Shown: piece after piece, positions 46,081 through 58,390 of the stretch
Numbering within the stretch: position 1 is the first letter of the stretch
Layout: every line of letters begins with the position of its first letter
Made by a program: the position numbers and the translations under genes
Notes under the pieces: model-generated
What the model was told of the DNA's origin: nothing
The model's database searches: none
What the model saw: the letters and a program-made list of their open reading frames with translations, nothing else
Assembly (NCBI GenBank): GCA_030390025.1
Contig: CM059432.1
Location: 96,350,001-96,414,000 of the forward strand
DNA from: Squalus acanthias
Taxonomy: Eukaryota
Direction of reading: 5' to 3'
Length of the DNA: 64,000 nucleotides

Positions 46081-46781
46081 GGGGTGAAATTAGATAGTGC
46101 CAGCCTGATGGCGTGAATTGAGCGCAGGAATTGATCCCTGCGCCGGAACAGGTACGCCTGAGGCACACTCAATAATGGACCTCGGGCCTCATTTAAAATT
46201 AGGCCAGAGAACTCCGGAGGCCTGCTGTGAATCCCTAGGCAGCCAGTGAAGCCCATGTAAATTTTGTTCTGCTGCATGGTCAGCACCAGTCCTCAGGTAG
46301 GTTCTGGAGGGGAGGAGGTGATTGAGAATGGGGGGGGGGCGAGGGATAATCGGAGGGGATGATGAGAGGAGATAGGGGTGATTAGGAGTGGGGGGGGGGA
46401 GGGAGGGGAGGCAATCGGAAGGATGCCGAGCTTGGCAATGGTCTTTGTGACACTGGAGTGCTCTTCTCAACTTCACATTCTGGTAAGAATTGTTTTAAAA
46501 GTTTATCTTTTCAATGGCGGCTTCTGGATGTCCCTTTAAGGACTGCTGGCTGGGCTGCATATAGACTTAGTTATCCTAAACACAGCAGGCCTCCTATTTG
46601 TCGATGCAAAGAGCCTAACCCCTGTTTCAGGCACGGGCCCTGGATGCCTATACTTCAGCCAATATGGGAGCCGGTGCACTTCCTGCCGGTGTAATGTTTG
46701 CACATGCTGCCCGCTACATTGGATGCTTAACAGTCCATTTTATGCCTGTAAAACGGGTGTGGCGTCAACTAATTTCTAGGC
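46081..46781. mobile_element. Probable Harbinger-type non-autonomous element
   Basis: ggggtgaaattag / ctaatttctaggcc ends; non-coding interior. Confidence 0.5.
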
Positions 46782-47099
46782 CAGGGAATTAATTTTAATG
46801 AGAAAATTCAGCCAACCAAATATAAACTAAGAAAACCCAAGTGGTTTAGTCAGAGCTGGTAGATATAGTGTATGACTGCTTCATGATGCAGTGCATCAAG
46901 GAAACCTCTAGAGCCAGTGTTCATATTGACCTGATAATTTTAAACTGCTCTTGACAACACACAGGAAATGGAAGTTGCAGCACCCCTGGGGGACAGCAAA
47001 AACAGGGGAGTGAGAAACCCCGAGGAAATTCACCTCCAGAATGTAGAACATGATATTGAAGTTAGAAATACCTAAGACCGAGCTAGATATATAACTTTA

Positions 47100-47683
47100 A
47101 TCAGAAAAATGAGGGAAAAACTGGAGCAAATTCATCAGTGATGATAGGTGGAGCACCATTAAAGGAATACTGCTGAGTATGCAGCATAAATACATATCTA
47201 AAATGAACAAACTCAGACTAAACAAATGTAATCCTAATTAGATTAACAACCACATTAAAAGCAAAATTAAGTGGAAAAACAACATTAACAAATCCTGCAG
47301 GGAGAAAAAGGAAGTTCAGTGGGATGGATACAAGAAAATGCAGAAACACATCAAAAGGGTGTTCAGAGGAGCAAAGCGAGACCTAGAAAAGAGATAGCAG
47401 CAGAGGCTAAACACAACAGTAAAAAAATAGAGGGCAGTCAGAGACAAACTGAAAGCTATCAAAGATGCAAGTCGGCTTGAAACTGAGGATGAGCACAGAA
47501 CAGTCAATATTCTAAATGATTACTTCCTCCAAGTGTTCACAAAGGAAGACATGAGCAACATGCCTAGAGATAAACTAAGTGAAATCAATGAATTTGATAT
47601 AAATGAGATGAAGGTCCTAGATCGGCTAAAAGCAAATAAATGCTCAAGATTGATGGTATTTATCCCAGAGTATTGAGACACAC
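47100..47683 (+). mobile_element. Old CR1-like ORF2 fragment
   Basis: LNDYFLQVFTKED and DGIYPRVL-like remnants. Confidence 0.6.
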
Positions 47684-47687
47684 AATC

Positions 47688-49003
47688 TGTAAGAATAAAA
47701 ATATATGTTTTGCATGTGTGATGGACTTGAGACTATTAGTAGAAGATGTATGTAATAAAGATGAATTTGATGTGTATGGATCTCCCTGCTCAAGGAAACG
47801 GCACAAAACTTAACAAAGGAAACCTGCATAACAGGATAACCCCCCACAGAGACAGCATCGAAAACCCATCGAAACTCACCATCGAAACTCAAGAGCCACT
47901 AAAAGGTGTTAACAAGCAATTAACTTAATCAAGAAATGGCACCAGCCACTGCAGACAGACACATGTTCAAAGGAAAGCCAATCAAGAACTGCCATGAGAC
48001 TAAGACCCAATCCTGGGGTCTTCCTCTTTTAAATAGGATAGTTAACAACTGTAAATTAATAAACTTTAAATAAAACATAACAAATTAAATAAAAATTGTA
48101 TTGGCCGGGGTGATGATGCACTCCAGTCGCCGCGGTGCCCACCGGTCACGGAAGGCCTCAAGTGTGCCGGCGGACACCGCGTGCTCCATCTCCAGAGCCA
48201 CCCAGGTGCGAACATAGCCACGGAAGAGAGGCAGGCAATCGGGCCGAACGACCCCCTCGACTGCCTGGACCTGTTTATGGCCATTTTCGCCAGGCCCAGG
48301 AGCAGTCCTACGAGGAGGTCCTCCGATCTGCCCGCTCCCCTCTGCACCGGGTGACCAAAGATCAGGAGCGTGGGACTGAAGTGCAGCCAAAAATCAAGGA
48401 GCAGCCCCTTCAAATAGTGAAAGAGGGGCTGCAACCTCACACATTCCATGTAAATATGGAAGACAGACTCCTCTAGGCCGCAAAAAAGGCAGGCGGCCTG
48501 GGAGTCCGTAAACCTACTTAAAATCTTATTGCACGGGACTGCTCCGTGCAACACCCTCCAGGCCAAGTCCCCAATAGAAAAAGGGAGGACTCCCGCGTAG
48601 AGAGCCCTCCATTGGGGACCTCCGCCGGAAGGCAAGATGGAATCCTGGGGTCTTAGCAATTTAGACTAGAGACAATGGACTTAAAAAGATATAAAATAAG
48701 GAACCCAAAGGCTCTCGCTCTCTCTCTCTGGATGACCAGGCGGAAAAGCAGGAAGCCCTCCCTCTACAGACCAGACCAAGAAGCAAGGAAAAAGGCCGCG
48801 TGCATTGCTTGACTCAGGGAAGTACAAGTCTGTTTAAATCTAACCCATTACCTTACCTGTTGTAATCGAGTAGAGTCCATAGATACCAGTAGGCTATTGT
48901 TTTGATGTGCATGAGTGTGTGTGTTTAATAAACTTATTCCAAATTGTTTCAAAAGAATTGGTCTTGCTGTCAATTTAATGCCAGTCAAAATAAAAAGCTT
49001 ACA
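47688..49003 (+). mobile_element. Solo LTR containing a Tx1/L1 fragment
   Basis: TGTAAG...CTTACA ends; TATAAAA at ~48691; AATAAA at 48927; empty site preserved in the duplicate at 49711-49886; TSD not clean. Confidence 0.75.
48023..48640 (-). mobile_element. Tx1/L1-clade LINE 3' fragment (zf-RVT region)
   Basis: LAWRVLHGAVPCN..CLFCG.EESVFHIYMEC; 14-bp TSD aatcctggggtctt at 48009-48022 and 48641-48654. Confidence 0.88.
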
Positions 49004-49887
49004 TAACACCCCAGTATTAATGTAAAGGTGGGTTCTGAGCCGGAGGTGGGGCGGGAGGTGGGGAGGTGGTTGGGGAATGGCATATGCGAATACTGGAAGT
49101 AAAGTCGGCGGGTCGGATTCTTGATTTCAACCTGATTGAGGCAATAAATTTTACTTCCAGGTTTCGCGTCTGCGCAGTGGATGTGATGCGCACCCGTATG
49201 ATACAAACTGAAGTCCACTATTTCAAGGGGTAATGCATAAATGGAATTTGGAGGAGCCAGGAGATGTTTAGGATGGATTCATAAAGAGCAAGGCCAGCAC
49301 CCAGATTTAATGATGATTCCCTGGAATTACTGCTCGGTGCAGTCAGGAGCAGGATGGACATACTTTTCACCAGTAATGGGAGGGAGAAACCTTCGGCTGT
49401 CACCAAGAAGGTGTAGTTGGAGGTAGCTGAGGAGGTGAGCAGCAGGAGCATTTTGTCCCAGTCTTGGAAGCAGTGCAGGAAGGGGTTTAATGACCTAACC
49501 AGGTCAGGAAAAGTGAGCACATTTGCTGATTCACCTACATCCTGTGGTGTAAACACACTCCCCAACCTCTTCACTCTGTCTTGCCAAGCGTACTCCATCA
49601 CATCACTCCTCACATCCACTTAAGTTTCAGCAGCACCCATCCTTCACTTTCTATGCACCTCTTCACCTCCCCTATCCATCCATTGCCATCACTCACCCCA
49701 ATCCTTATACAAGACATGAGCAACATGCCCAGAGATAACCTAAGTGAAATCAATGAATTTGATATAAATGAGATGAAGGTCCTAGATTAGCTAAAAGCAA
49801 ATAAATCCTCAAGGATAGATGGTATTTATCCCAGAGTATTGAGAGACACTAAGGCCCCAGTATTAATATAAAGGTGGGTTCTGAGCA

Positions 49888-51432
49888 GGTTGGGACTAAA
49901 AATCGATAAATCCCAAGGACCGGATGATCTACATCCTAGGGTTTTAAAGAGGTGGCCATTTGGATAGTGGACGCATTGGTTGTCATCTTCCAAAATTCTA
50001 TAGATTCTGGAACGGTTCCTGCAGATTGGAGGATAGCAAATGTAACCCTGCTATTTAAGAAAGGAGGGAAAGAGAAAACGGGAAACTACAGACCTGTTAG
50101 CCTCACATCAGTAGTTGGGAAAATGCTGGAATCTATTATAAAGGATGCAATAACTGGCCACTTAGAAACTAATAGTAAGATTGGGCAGAGTCAACATGGA
50201 TTTATGAAAGGGAAATCCTGTTTGACAAATCTATTGGAGTTCTTTGAGGATGTAACTAGTAGAGTAGACAAAGGGGAACCAGTAGATGTGGTGTATTTGG
50301 ATTTTCAGAAGGCCTTCGATAAGGTCCCACACAAGAGGTTGGTGAACAAAATTAGGGCACATGGAATTGGGGGTAATATACTAGCATGGATTGAGAATTG
50401 GTTAACAGACAGAAAACAAAGAGTAGGGATAAATGGGTCTTTTTCAGGATGGCAGGCTGTGACTAGTGGGATACCGCAAGAATCGGTGCTTGGGCTCCAG
50501 CTATTCACAATCTATATCAATGATTTGGATGAGGGGACTAAATGTAACATTTCCAAATTTACTTATGATACAAAGCTAGGTGGCAGTGTCAGTTGTGAAG
50601 AGGCTTCAAGGGGATCTCGACAGGCTCAGTGAGTGGGCGAGAACATGGCAGATGGAATATAATGTGGATAAATGTGAAGTTATCCACTTTGGTAGAAAAA
50701 ACAGAAAGGCAGAGTATTTCCTAAATGGTGAAAGATTGGAGAATGCAAATGCTCAAAGGGACCTGGGTGTCCTTGTACATGAGTCACTGAAAGTGAATGT
50801 GCAGGTGCAGCAAGCCATTAGGAAGGCAAATGGTATGCTGGCCTTCATTACAAGAGGATTTGAGTACAGGAGTAAAGAAGTCTTACTCCAATTATAGAGG
50901 GCCTTGCTGAGACCACACCTGGAGTACTTAGAGGGAGTGCAACGAAGGTTCACAAGATTGATTTCTGGGATGACGGGACTGTTGTATGAGAAGAGATTGA
51001 GTAAACTAGGCCTGTATTCTCTTGCATTCAGAAGAATGAGAGGGGATCTTATTGAAGCATACAAAATTATTACAGGGCTTGATAGGATGGATGCTGGGAG
51101 AATGTTTCCCTTGGTTGGGGAATCTAGAACCAGGGGCCACAGCCTCAGGATAAAGGGAAGGTCATTCAGGACTGAGATGAGAAGAAATTTCTTCACACAG
51201 AGGGTGGTGAATCTTTGGAATTCTCTCCCCCAGAGGGCTGTGGAGGCTCAGTCATTGGGTATATTCAAAACAGAAATCGATAGATTTCTGACTAGTAAAG
51301 GCATCAAGGGATATGGCGATAGGGCCGGTGAATGGAGTTGAGGCAGAAGATCAGCCATGATCTTATTGAATGGCGGAGCAGGCTCGAAGGGCCGAATGGC
51401 CTACTCCTGCTCCTATTTCTTATGTTCTTATG
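49888..51432 (+). mobile_element. CR1 LINE, 5'-truncated, degenerate RT
   Basis: NYRPVSLTS, QHGFMKGKSCLTNL, DFQKAFD; (tatgttct)n tail. Confidence 0.92.
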
Positions 51433-51860
51433 TTCTTATACTCATTGGAGTTTAGAAGAATGAGAGGTGATCTTATTGAAACGTATAAGTTTCTGAGGGG
51501 GCTTGACAGGGTAGATGCAGAGAGGATGTTTCCCCTCGTGGGGGAATCTATAACTAGGGGGCATAGTTTCAGAATACGGCGTCGCCCATTTAAAACGGAG
51601 ATGAGGAGAAATTTCTTCTCTCAGAGAGTCGTGAATCTTTGGAATTCTCTACCCCAGAGAGCCGTGGAGGCTGGGTCATTGAATATATTTAAGGTGGAGA
51701 TAGATAGATTTTTGAATGATAAGGGAGTCAAGGGTTATGGGGAGCGGGCAGGAAAGTGGAGTTGAGGCCAAGACCAGATCAGCCATGATCTTATCGAATG
51801 GCGGAGCAGGCTCGAGGGCCAAATGGCCTACTCCTGCTCCTATTTCTTATGTTCTTATGT
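51433..51860 (+). mobile_element. Second CR1 3' fragment directly after the first tail
   Basis: LYSLEFRRMRGDLIE...KWS*, followed by a second 3' UTR and (tatgttct)n. Confidence 0.9.
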
Positions 51861-53109
51861 AATGTGATGCATCTGTCTCAGTCACTCTCATCGAATGTAC
51901 TGCATCCATTGAGTGAATACAAGACCTTTGCTCACTCACAGGTCTGGTTTTTTTTTTGCCCCTTGTAGGAGAAGAGAGCGCAAAACGCTAGGGAGGGGAC
52001 TGGAGGTGGCCCACCACAAATTGTGCAGCTTACAGATGCAGAGGAGGATGCCACGGAGATAAATGGCACATCTGCGTCCCTCCCAATCGGAGATGGAGAG
52101 ACAGGGATCTCGCAGATAGCTGGTGACAGAATTAAAAATATCTCTGACACACATGCCGACTTTATTTCATCAATGACTGAATTATGAGAAGACCGAGCAT
52201 GGTGATTGTCAAGATCGTTACTTTGCCACAACTAATTTATATCCCTTTCTTTTGTCTTCCAGGGCCTTCATGCATACAGCAAGTGTCGCTGGAGATACAT
52301 GAGGGCGATTCCTGAGAGGGCTTCACTCCTTCTGAAGGAGAATGCTAGAGGTGCATCAGCAACTTTGTGAGATACTGACAGACGCGCCATGCACACTCTC
52401 CACAATAGATCAGAGGATGGAGGAGTCCAACTCCAACAGTAGTGGATTGGTGGCGCAGGTATTTGCAAGAATATCTGCCATGCAGACAGTGGCTGCCTCC
52501 ATGGAGCTTCAAGCCCGGCTCTCAAATAAGTCCATGCAGGCCATGACCACGGCCGTGCAGACTTTGGATGTCAAAATGTCTGCCGCCTTAAACAGGATGA
52601 CAGACCTTATCCGTGGCCTTACAATGTGCCTATGATCTCCAACAATCTGGTCTGCAGCAGAGTGGTAGGAGCGATGTGGCACTGGCCCAGGAGAAGGATG
52701 ATGGTGAAAAGGGACATGAAAGTGGAAACTCCACTCAAGGTGTTCCTACTTTCACCCATTGTCCGCTCCAACCACCCCCCCCCCCCCCAGAAAATACCCA
52801 ACTTGCTTCCTCGTCTCTCAATGGCCGAGTCTGCCCCTACACAGGTGCAAGTGAAGCAGTCTTTTGCCGGGCCCTCAGGGGCTCTGAAACCCAGAGGGCG
52901 TAGGCCAAAAGCATCTCAGCGGTCAGGGCAGGGATCTGAGCAGCCTGCCTGCTCTGCTGAAGCCACATGGGATGCACCACATAGAAGTGGTAGGAAGCAT
53001 AAGTTAAAGCATTTGTAATACATCAAAGGTATGCACATGGATGTTTGACAACATGTTATGTTGTTAAGTTTCCTTTTTTTTAACATCAGGAGTAAACTAG
53101 AGGATTACT

Positions 53110-53560
53110 TGTACTAATTTGAACCATGGCCCATTGCCCTACTCTAACAATTTAAAGGAATATTCCAGACTGACTGTTTCCATTTAAGGTCTCGAGAACC
53201 TAAACCCCAAATCCCTTTGTTGTTCCAATCATCCAAATTTCCCCCATTATTACTTTTATTTAATTAAAATCAAATGTACACTCACACTTAATGACATTGA
53301 ATTGCAGCTGCCACATTTCTGCTCATTCCACCAGCTTATCCTCTTGCAGCTTTCTTTGGTTCTCAGAATTATTTACTATGCGTCCTATTTTAGTACTATC
53401 TGCAAATTTGGACACCACTCCCTCCAGCCCTTTATGTAAATTATTGCTGCACACAGTGAGCAGAAGCAGTCCCAGAACAGAACCCTTTGTGGCGCTGCAA
53501 CCCACTTCCAACCACCCTGATAAACTGCCTTTAACTCCTCCTCTGCTTCCTGCCTTCTAG
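53110..53560 (-). mobile_element. Old CR1-like RT fragment
   Basis: GSVLGLLLL and SKFADSTK remnants. Confidence 0.6.
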
Positions 53561-54584
53561 TCAGGTAAGTCAGGAAATTGTGGGCATACAGGCCTGCGAT
53601 TTTCTGACCTGTGCTTAATGCTTGAGCTGCTCCTCACTGGGAGCACCCACTCGCAAAATCAGTACTTACAAGTTAACATAACCTCCCCCAACCCTTAGTT
53701 CCAGGCCTTGACTAACTTACTTCCATGCCTGTGGTCTTGAGTACTAGGATTGTCTCTACAGACTAACTATATGGTGACAACTTCAGTTGTCAAGAGTTTT
53801 TCTGGAACTCAAATGAATATGGCAGGGTATAAAAATCAACATCTGTGCTTTCAATCTCAGTCTCCCGTTCTATTTGCTGCTAGTGGAAGAAAATAGTTTC
53901 AAAATATAAAGAAAATGAATTCATTCCTAAATGACAGATGGAGAGTAGTTTCCAATAAAATTTAGCAGAAGTTTTTTTTGAGATGAAAACAAAATACGAT
54001 GCCCATGTTAATTATATATTCCAAAATACTGGAAAATGACAAATAAAAGTGTCAAAAATCAATGGCTCGTATTTTCCGATCCCTACGGGTGTGTACGAGC
54101 TGTGTACACACCCGTAGGGACCTCGCAAGTGCTGGTTTCAGGCATGCGAAGCGCATGCGCTGAAAACCGGCATTTCCGATCTGTCAAGAATCCTCTTGAC
54201 AGATCGCACGCCTGCCCTGGAGAAGGGCCTCTGCGGGTGGAGAGTTCCGCTTTCTGCAGAACCTCTGCCCGCTGAAATCATTCAAAAATCTTACGCCTGG
54301 TAAAAGCAGGCATTCTTGAGTTTTGAACTTTTGGGGTGCAGCTCTCTTGAGGCTGTTGGTCAGCTATTGCTAGTTCTCTAGGTTGGCATGTGTTTGTTTT
54401 GTTCAGTCCTATAAAAGGCTTGCCTATTTTCCAGTTCTGACAAAGGTAGCATTAATCAGTCATTTCCCCCCCCCGCCCATGAACCTGCTGTGCATTTCCA
54501 GGTTTTATTTCAGATTTGTTACATTTTTTTCTTTTTAATCTGTACTTTCACAAAGAGTAGGGTTCACTAGTTTACCGATTATAC

Positions 54585-55884
54585 CAGTTTTCTCAAACTG
54601 GGGTCCATACGGACTTTCCAGGGGGTCCGCGATTGGAGGCGGCAGGAGGTAATTCAAATTTTTAGATGATTGAATGGTGCCTATTGCTCTGTAATTCAAA
54701 AGATGAAAACTAAAAAGTCTAACACGTCTTAAAGAAAATGAAAGCAAAAAGTAGATATAAAGACACAGAGTGTAGCCAGGATACAATTGCACAGGAAGTC
54801 TCGTGACACGGAATGAGCCTGGTAGAGATCTGTGACAATAAGGGAAGGTAACCCTTAACTGGGAATTGCTATGAATCGCCAGTACAAAAAGGATAATCAG
54901 GTGGCGGGGTGGGGAATTTCAACCCCCTTTCCTACCCGGTGAAAACCAGGCAGGGTACAGTCAAAATGCCCTGTGCGACTTACCTCCTCCAATCCTGCTG
55001 CCTTCTTCACAAGACCCAATATTAACCTACGCTTTCAGGAGGCAAACAGGACACCTGCTGGAAGGCAGCAGGTCCCTGGTTTAAATGTGACTCAGAGATA
55101 CTTAAAATGACCCGTAGTTTTTTTGGCTTTTTGGTTCTTGGTGGAATGAATGTTCAAAATCTCATTAGCTAAATTCTATGGTGAGGGCATTGGAGGGTGG
55201 TGTCTCCTTTATAAAGGTTAAATATTTTAAAATAATACAAAATATATAAAGATAATTACCGGAGGCAACTCTTTATAAAACTGACACTGATTCAGTTCTT
55301 GCGAGTTATTCTCAACAGCTGGGCACGCCTCCTCACAGCTCTCACTCACTTTGCAACGAGCGCTCCCTGCTGATCGAGTCGATTCCTCTCCCTGGCGTCA
55401 CAACCCTGTGCCATTCTTCCGACATGTGATCAGAATGCCTGCTGGGCCCTTCAAACACGTGCCTGAACATGTTCACGCAACACGTACAATCCCACAGTGC
55501 AGCTGTTACAGAACATGCCAGTGGGACAGTATGGCGGTGAGTCAGGCTTCCAGTAGCATCCCAGCATGTGCATGGGTGCTCGTGCCCTCACTCACCTTGG
55601 CCAGCCTGCTGCCAGCTTTAAAAATTGTCCAGCACTAAGTGGCTAATAGTGGCCATCTGTTGCTGCGGAGTGAGTGCCCAGAATTGGTGTGAGAAGCAGG
55701 CATACCCATCTCACCGATACCTGTAAGTAAATACCTGTTTTCTTAAAAGTATTATTAAAAAACTCTTAACATGCAGCACTTTCATATTATGAGTATTATA
55801 TAGTATTATAATTTAGATGGGGGTCCGTGATTACTAATCCATTTGTAAAGGCGTCCTTCAACCAATAAAGTTTCAGAACGACTG
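54585..55884. mobile_element. Non-autonomous hAT (Charlie-like) element
   Basis: CAGTTTTCTCAAACT / AGTTTCAGAACGACTG ends; perfect 8-bp TSD gattatac (54577-54584, 55885-55892); ggggtcc subterminal motifs. Confidence 0.8.
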
Positions 55885-56234
55885 GATTATACAACTTTGC
55901 ATGTCCTCCTCTGCTAAGAACTCCAGTTAGTGGAGGTTCCTGTTTCCCAATGTGCAGAGCAGCAGATCATGGGCATTTTCTAGAATACATTTGCTATCTG
56001 CCATGGGGAATGGAATCTGGGTCAAAGACTGCAGTAAAATTGTGCAGAGAGAAATGTTACACAAACGTGTCAACCAACACAGTGAAATTAATCCCAGTCT
56101 TAAAAAAAAAATCTTTTAACTAACATCAAAGTATTTAAATTCATCTTGTGTAATTGGCAACATAATAGCTTGAAATTGTTCATTGAAAAGATATCCAGTT
56201 GTGAGTACTGAACCTGAATATTTGGTTAAGTATA

Positions 56235-58390
56235 TAGCAGCTCAAAACTGGGCACCCATGAGGTGCTGTGGGCCATCAGCAGCAGCACAATTGTATTCCA
56301 CCACAATCTGTAAACTCATGGGCCGGCATATCCCTCACTCTACCATTACCATCAAGCCAGGGGAATAACCCTGGTTCAGTAAGGGGTGTAGAAGAGCATG
56401 CCAGGAGCAGCACCAGGTGACCTAAAAATGAGGTGCCAACCTGGGGAGGCTGCAACACATACATGCTAAAAAGCAGAAGCAGCATGCTATAGACAGGGCT
56501 AAGCGATCCCACAATCAACAGATCAGATCAAAGCTCTGCAGTCTTGAATGGTGGTGGACCATTAAACAATTAACGGGAGGAGGAGGCTCCATGAATATCC
56601 CCATCCTCAATGATGGTGGAACGCAGTACGTGAGTGCAAAAGACAAGGCTGAAGCGTTTGCAACCATCTTCAGCCAGAATTGCAGAGTGGATAATCAAAA
56701 TCGGCCTCCTCCTGAGGTCCCCACCATCACAGAAGCCAATCTTCAGCCAATTCGATTCACTTCACGTGAAATCAAGAAATGGCTGAGCGCACTGGATACA
56801 GCAAAGGCTATGGGCCTCGACAACATCCCAGCTGTCATGCTGAAGACTTGTGCTCCAGAACTAGCTGCGCCTCTAACCAAGCTGTTCCAGTACAGCTACA
56901 ACAATGGCATCTAACCGACAACGTGGAAAACTGCCCAGGTATGTCCTGTCCACAAAAAGCAGGACAAATCCAATCCGGCCAATTACCGCCCCATCAGTCT
57001 ACTCTCCATCATCAGCAAAGTGATGGAAGGTGTCATCAACAGTGCTATCAAGCGGCACTTACCCACCAATAACCTGCTCACTGATGCCCAGTTTGGGTTC
57101 CGCCAAGAACACTCGGCTCCCGACCTCATTACAGCCTTGGTCCAAACATGGACAAAGGAGCTGAATTCCAGATGTGAGGTGAGAGTGACTGCCCTTGACA
57201 TCAAGGCAGCATTTGACTGAGTGTGGCATCAAGGAGCCCTAGTAAAACTAAAGTCAATGGGAATCGGGGGGGAAATTCTCCACTGGCTGGAGTCATACCT
57301 AGCACAAAGGAAGATAGTTGTGGTGGTTGAAGGTCAATCATCACAGCCCCAGGACATCACTGCAGGAGTTCCTCAGGGCAGTGTCCTAGACCCAACCATC
57401 TTTAGCTGCTTCATCAATGACCTTCCCTCCAACATAAGGTCAGAAATGGGGATGTTCGCTGATGACTGCACAGTGTTCAGTTCCATTCACAACTCCTCAG
57501 ATAATGAAGCAGTCCATGCCTGCATGCAACAAGACCTGGATGACGTTCAGGCTTGGGTTGATAAGTGGCAGGTAACATTCGCGCCACACAAGTGCCAGGC
57601 AATGACTATCTCCAACAAGCGAGAGTCTAACCACCGCCCCTTGACATTCAACGGCATTACCATCGCCGAATCCCCCACCATCAACATCCTGGGGGTCACC
57701 ATTGACCAGAAACTTAACTGGACCAGCCACATAAATACTGTGGCAACAAGAGCAGGTCAGAGGCTAGATATTCTGCGGCGAGTGTCTCACCTCCTGACTC
57801 CCCAAAGCCTTTCCACCATCTACAAGGCACAAGTAAGGACTGTGATGGAATACTCTCCACTTGCCTGGATGAGTGCAGCTCCAACAACACTCAAGAAGCT
57901 CGACACCATCCAGGAAAAGCAGCCCGCTTGATTGGCACCCCATCCACCACCTTAAACATTCACTCCCTCCACCACTGGCGTACCGTGGTTGCAGTGTGTA
58001 CCATCTACAAGATGCACTGCAGCAACTCGCCAAGGCTTCTTTGACAGCACCTCCCAAACCTGTGACCTCTTCCAACTAGAAGGACAAGGGCAGCAGGTGC
58101 CTGGGAACACCACACCTCCAAGTTCCTCTCCAATTCACACATCATCCTGACTTAGAAGTATATCGCCGATCCTTCATCGTCGCTGGGTCAAAATCCTGGA
58201 ACTCCCTACCTAACAGTCTTGTGGAAGTACCTTAACCACACAGACAACTGTGGGAGTACCTTCACCACACGGACTGCAGCGGTTCAAGAAGGCGGCTCAC
58301 CACCACCTTCTCAAAGGCAATTAGGGATGGGCAATAAATGCTGGCCTTGCCAGCGACGCCTACAACCGATCGATCGATAGATAGATAGAG
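56235..58390 (+). mobile_element. CR1/jockey-group LINE, same family as 33760-35990
   Basis: NYRPISLLS, ALDIKAAFD, GVPQGSVL, FADD; same 3' tail; multiple stops. Confidence 0.9.

Larger units (their letters stand above)
49273..53018 (+). pseudogene. Third Harbinger Myb/SANT gene; exons 49273-49512, 51969-52122, 52263-53018 (element begins ~49007)
   Basis: APRFNDDSLELL...EVAEEVS..WKQCRKGFNDL..SGK | EKRAQNAREGTGGGPP; exon 1 is 240 nt as in 37463-37702; stops; intron 1 carries CR1. Confidence 0.8.
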
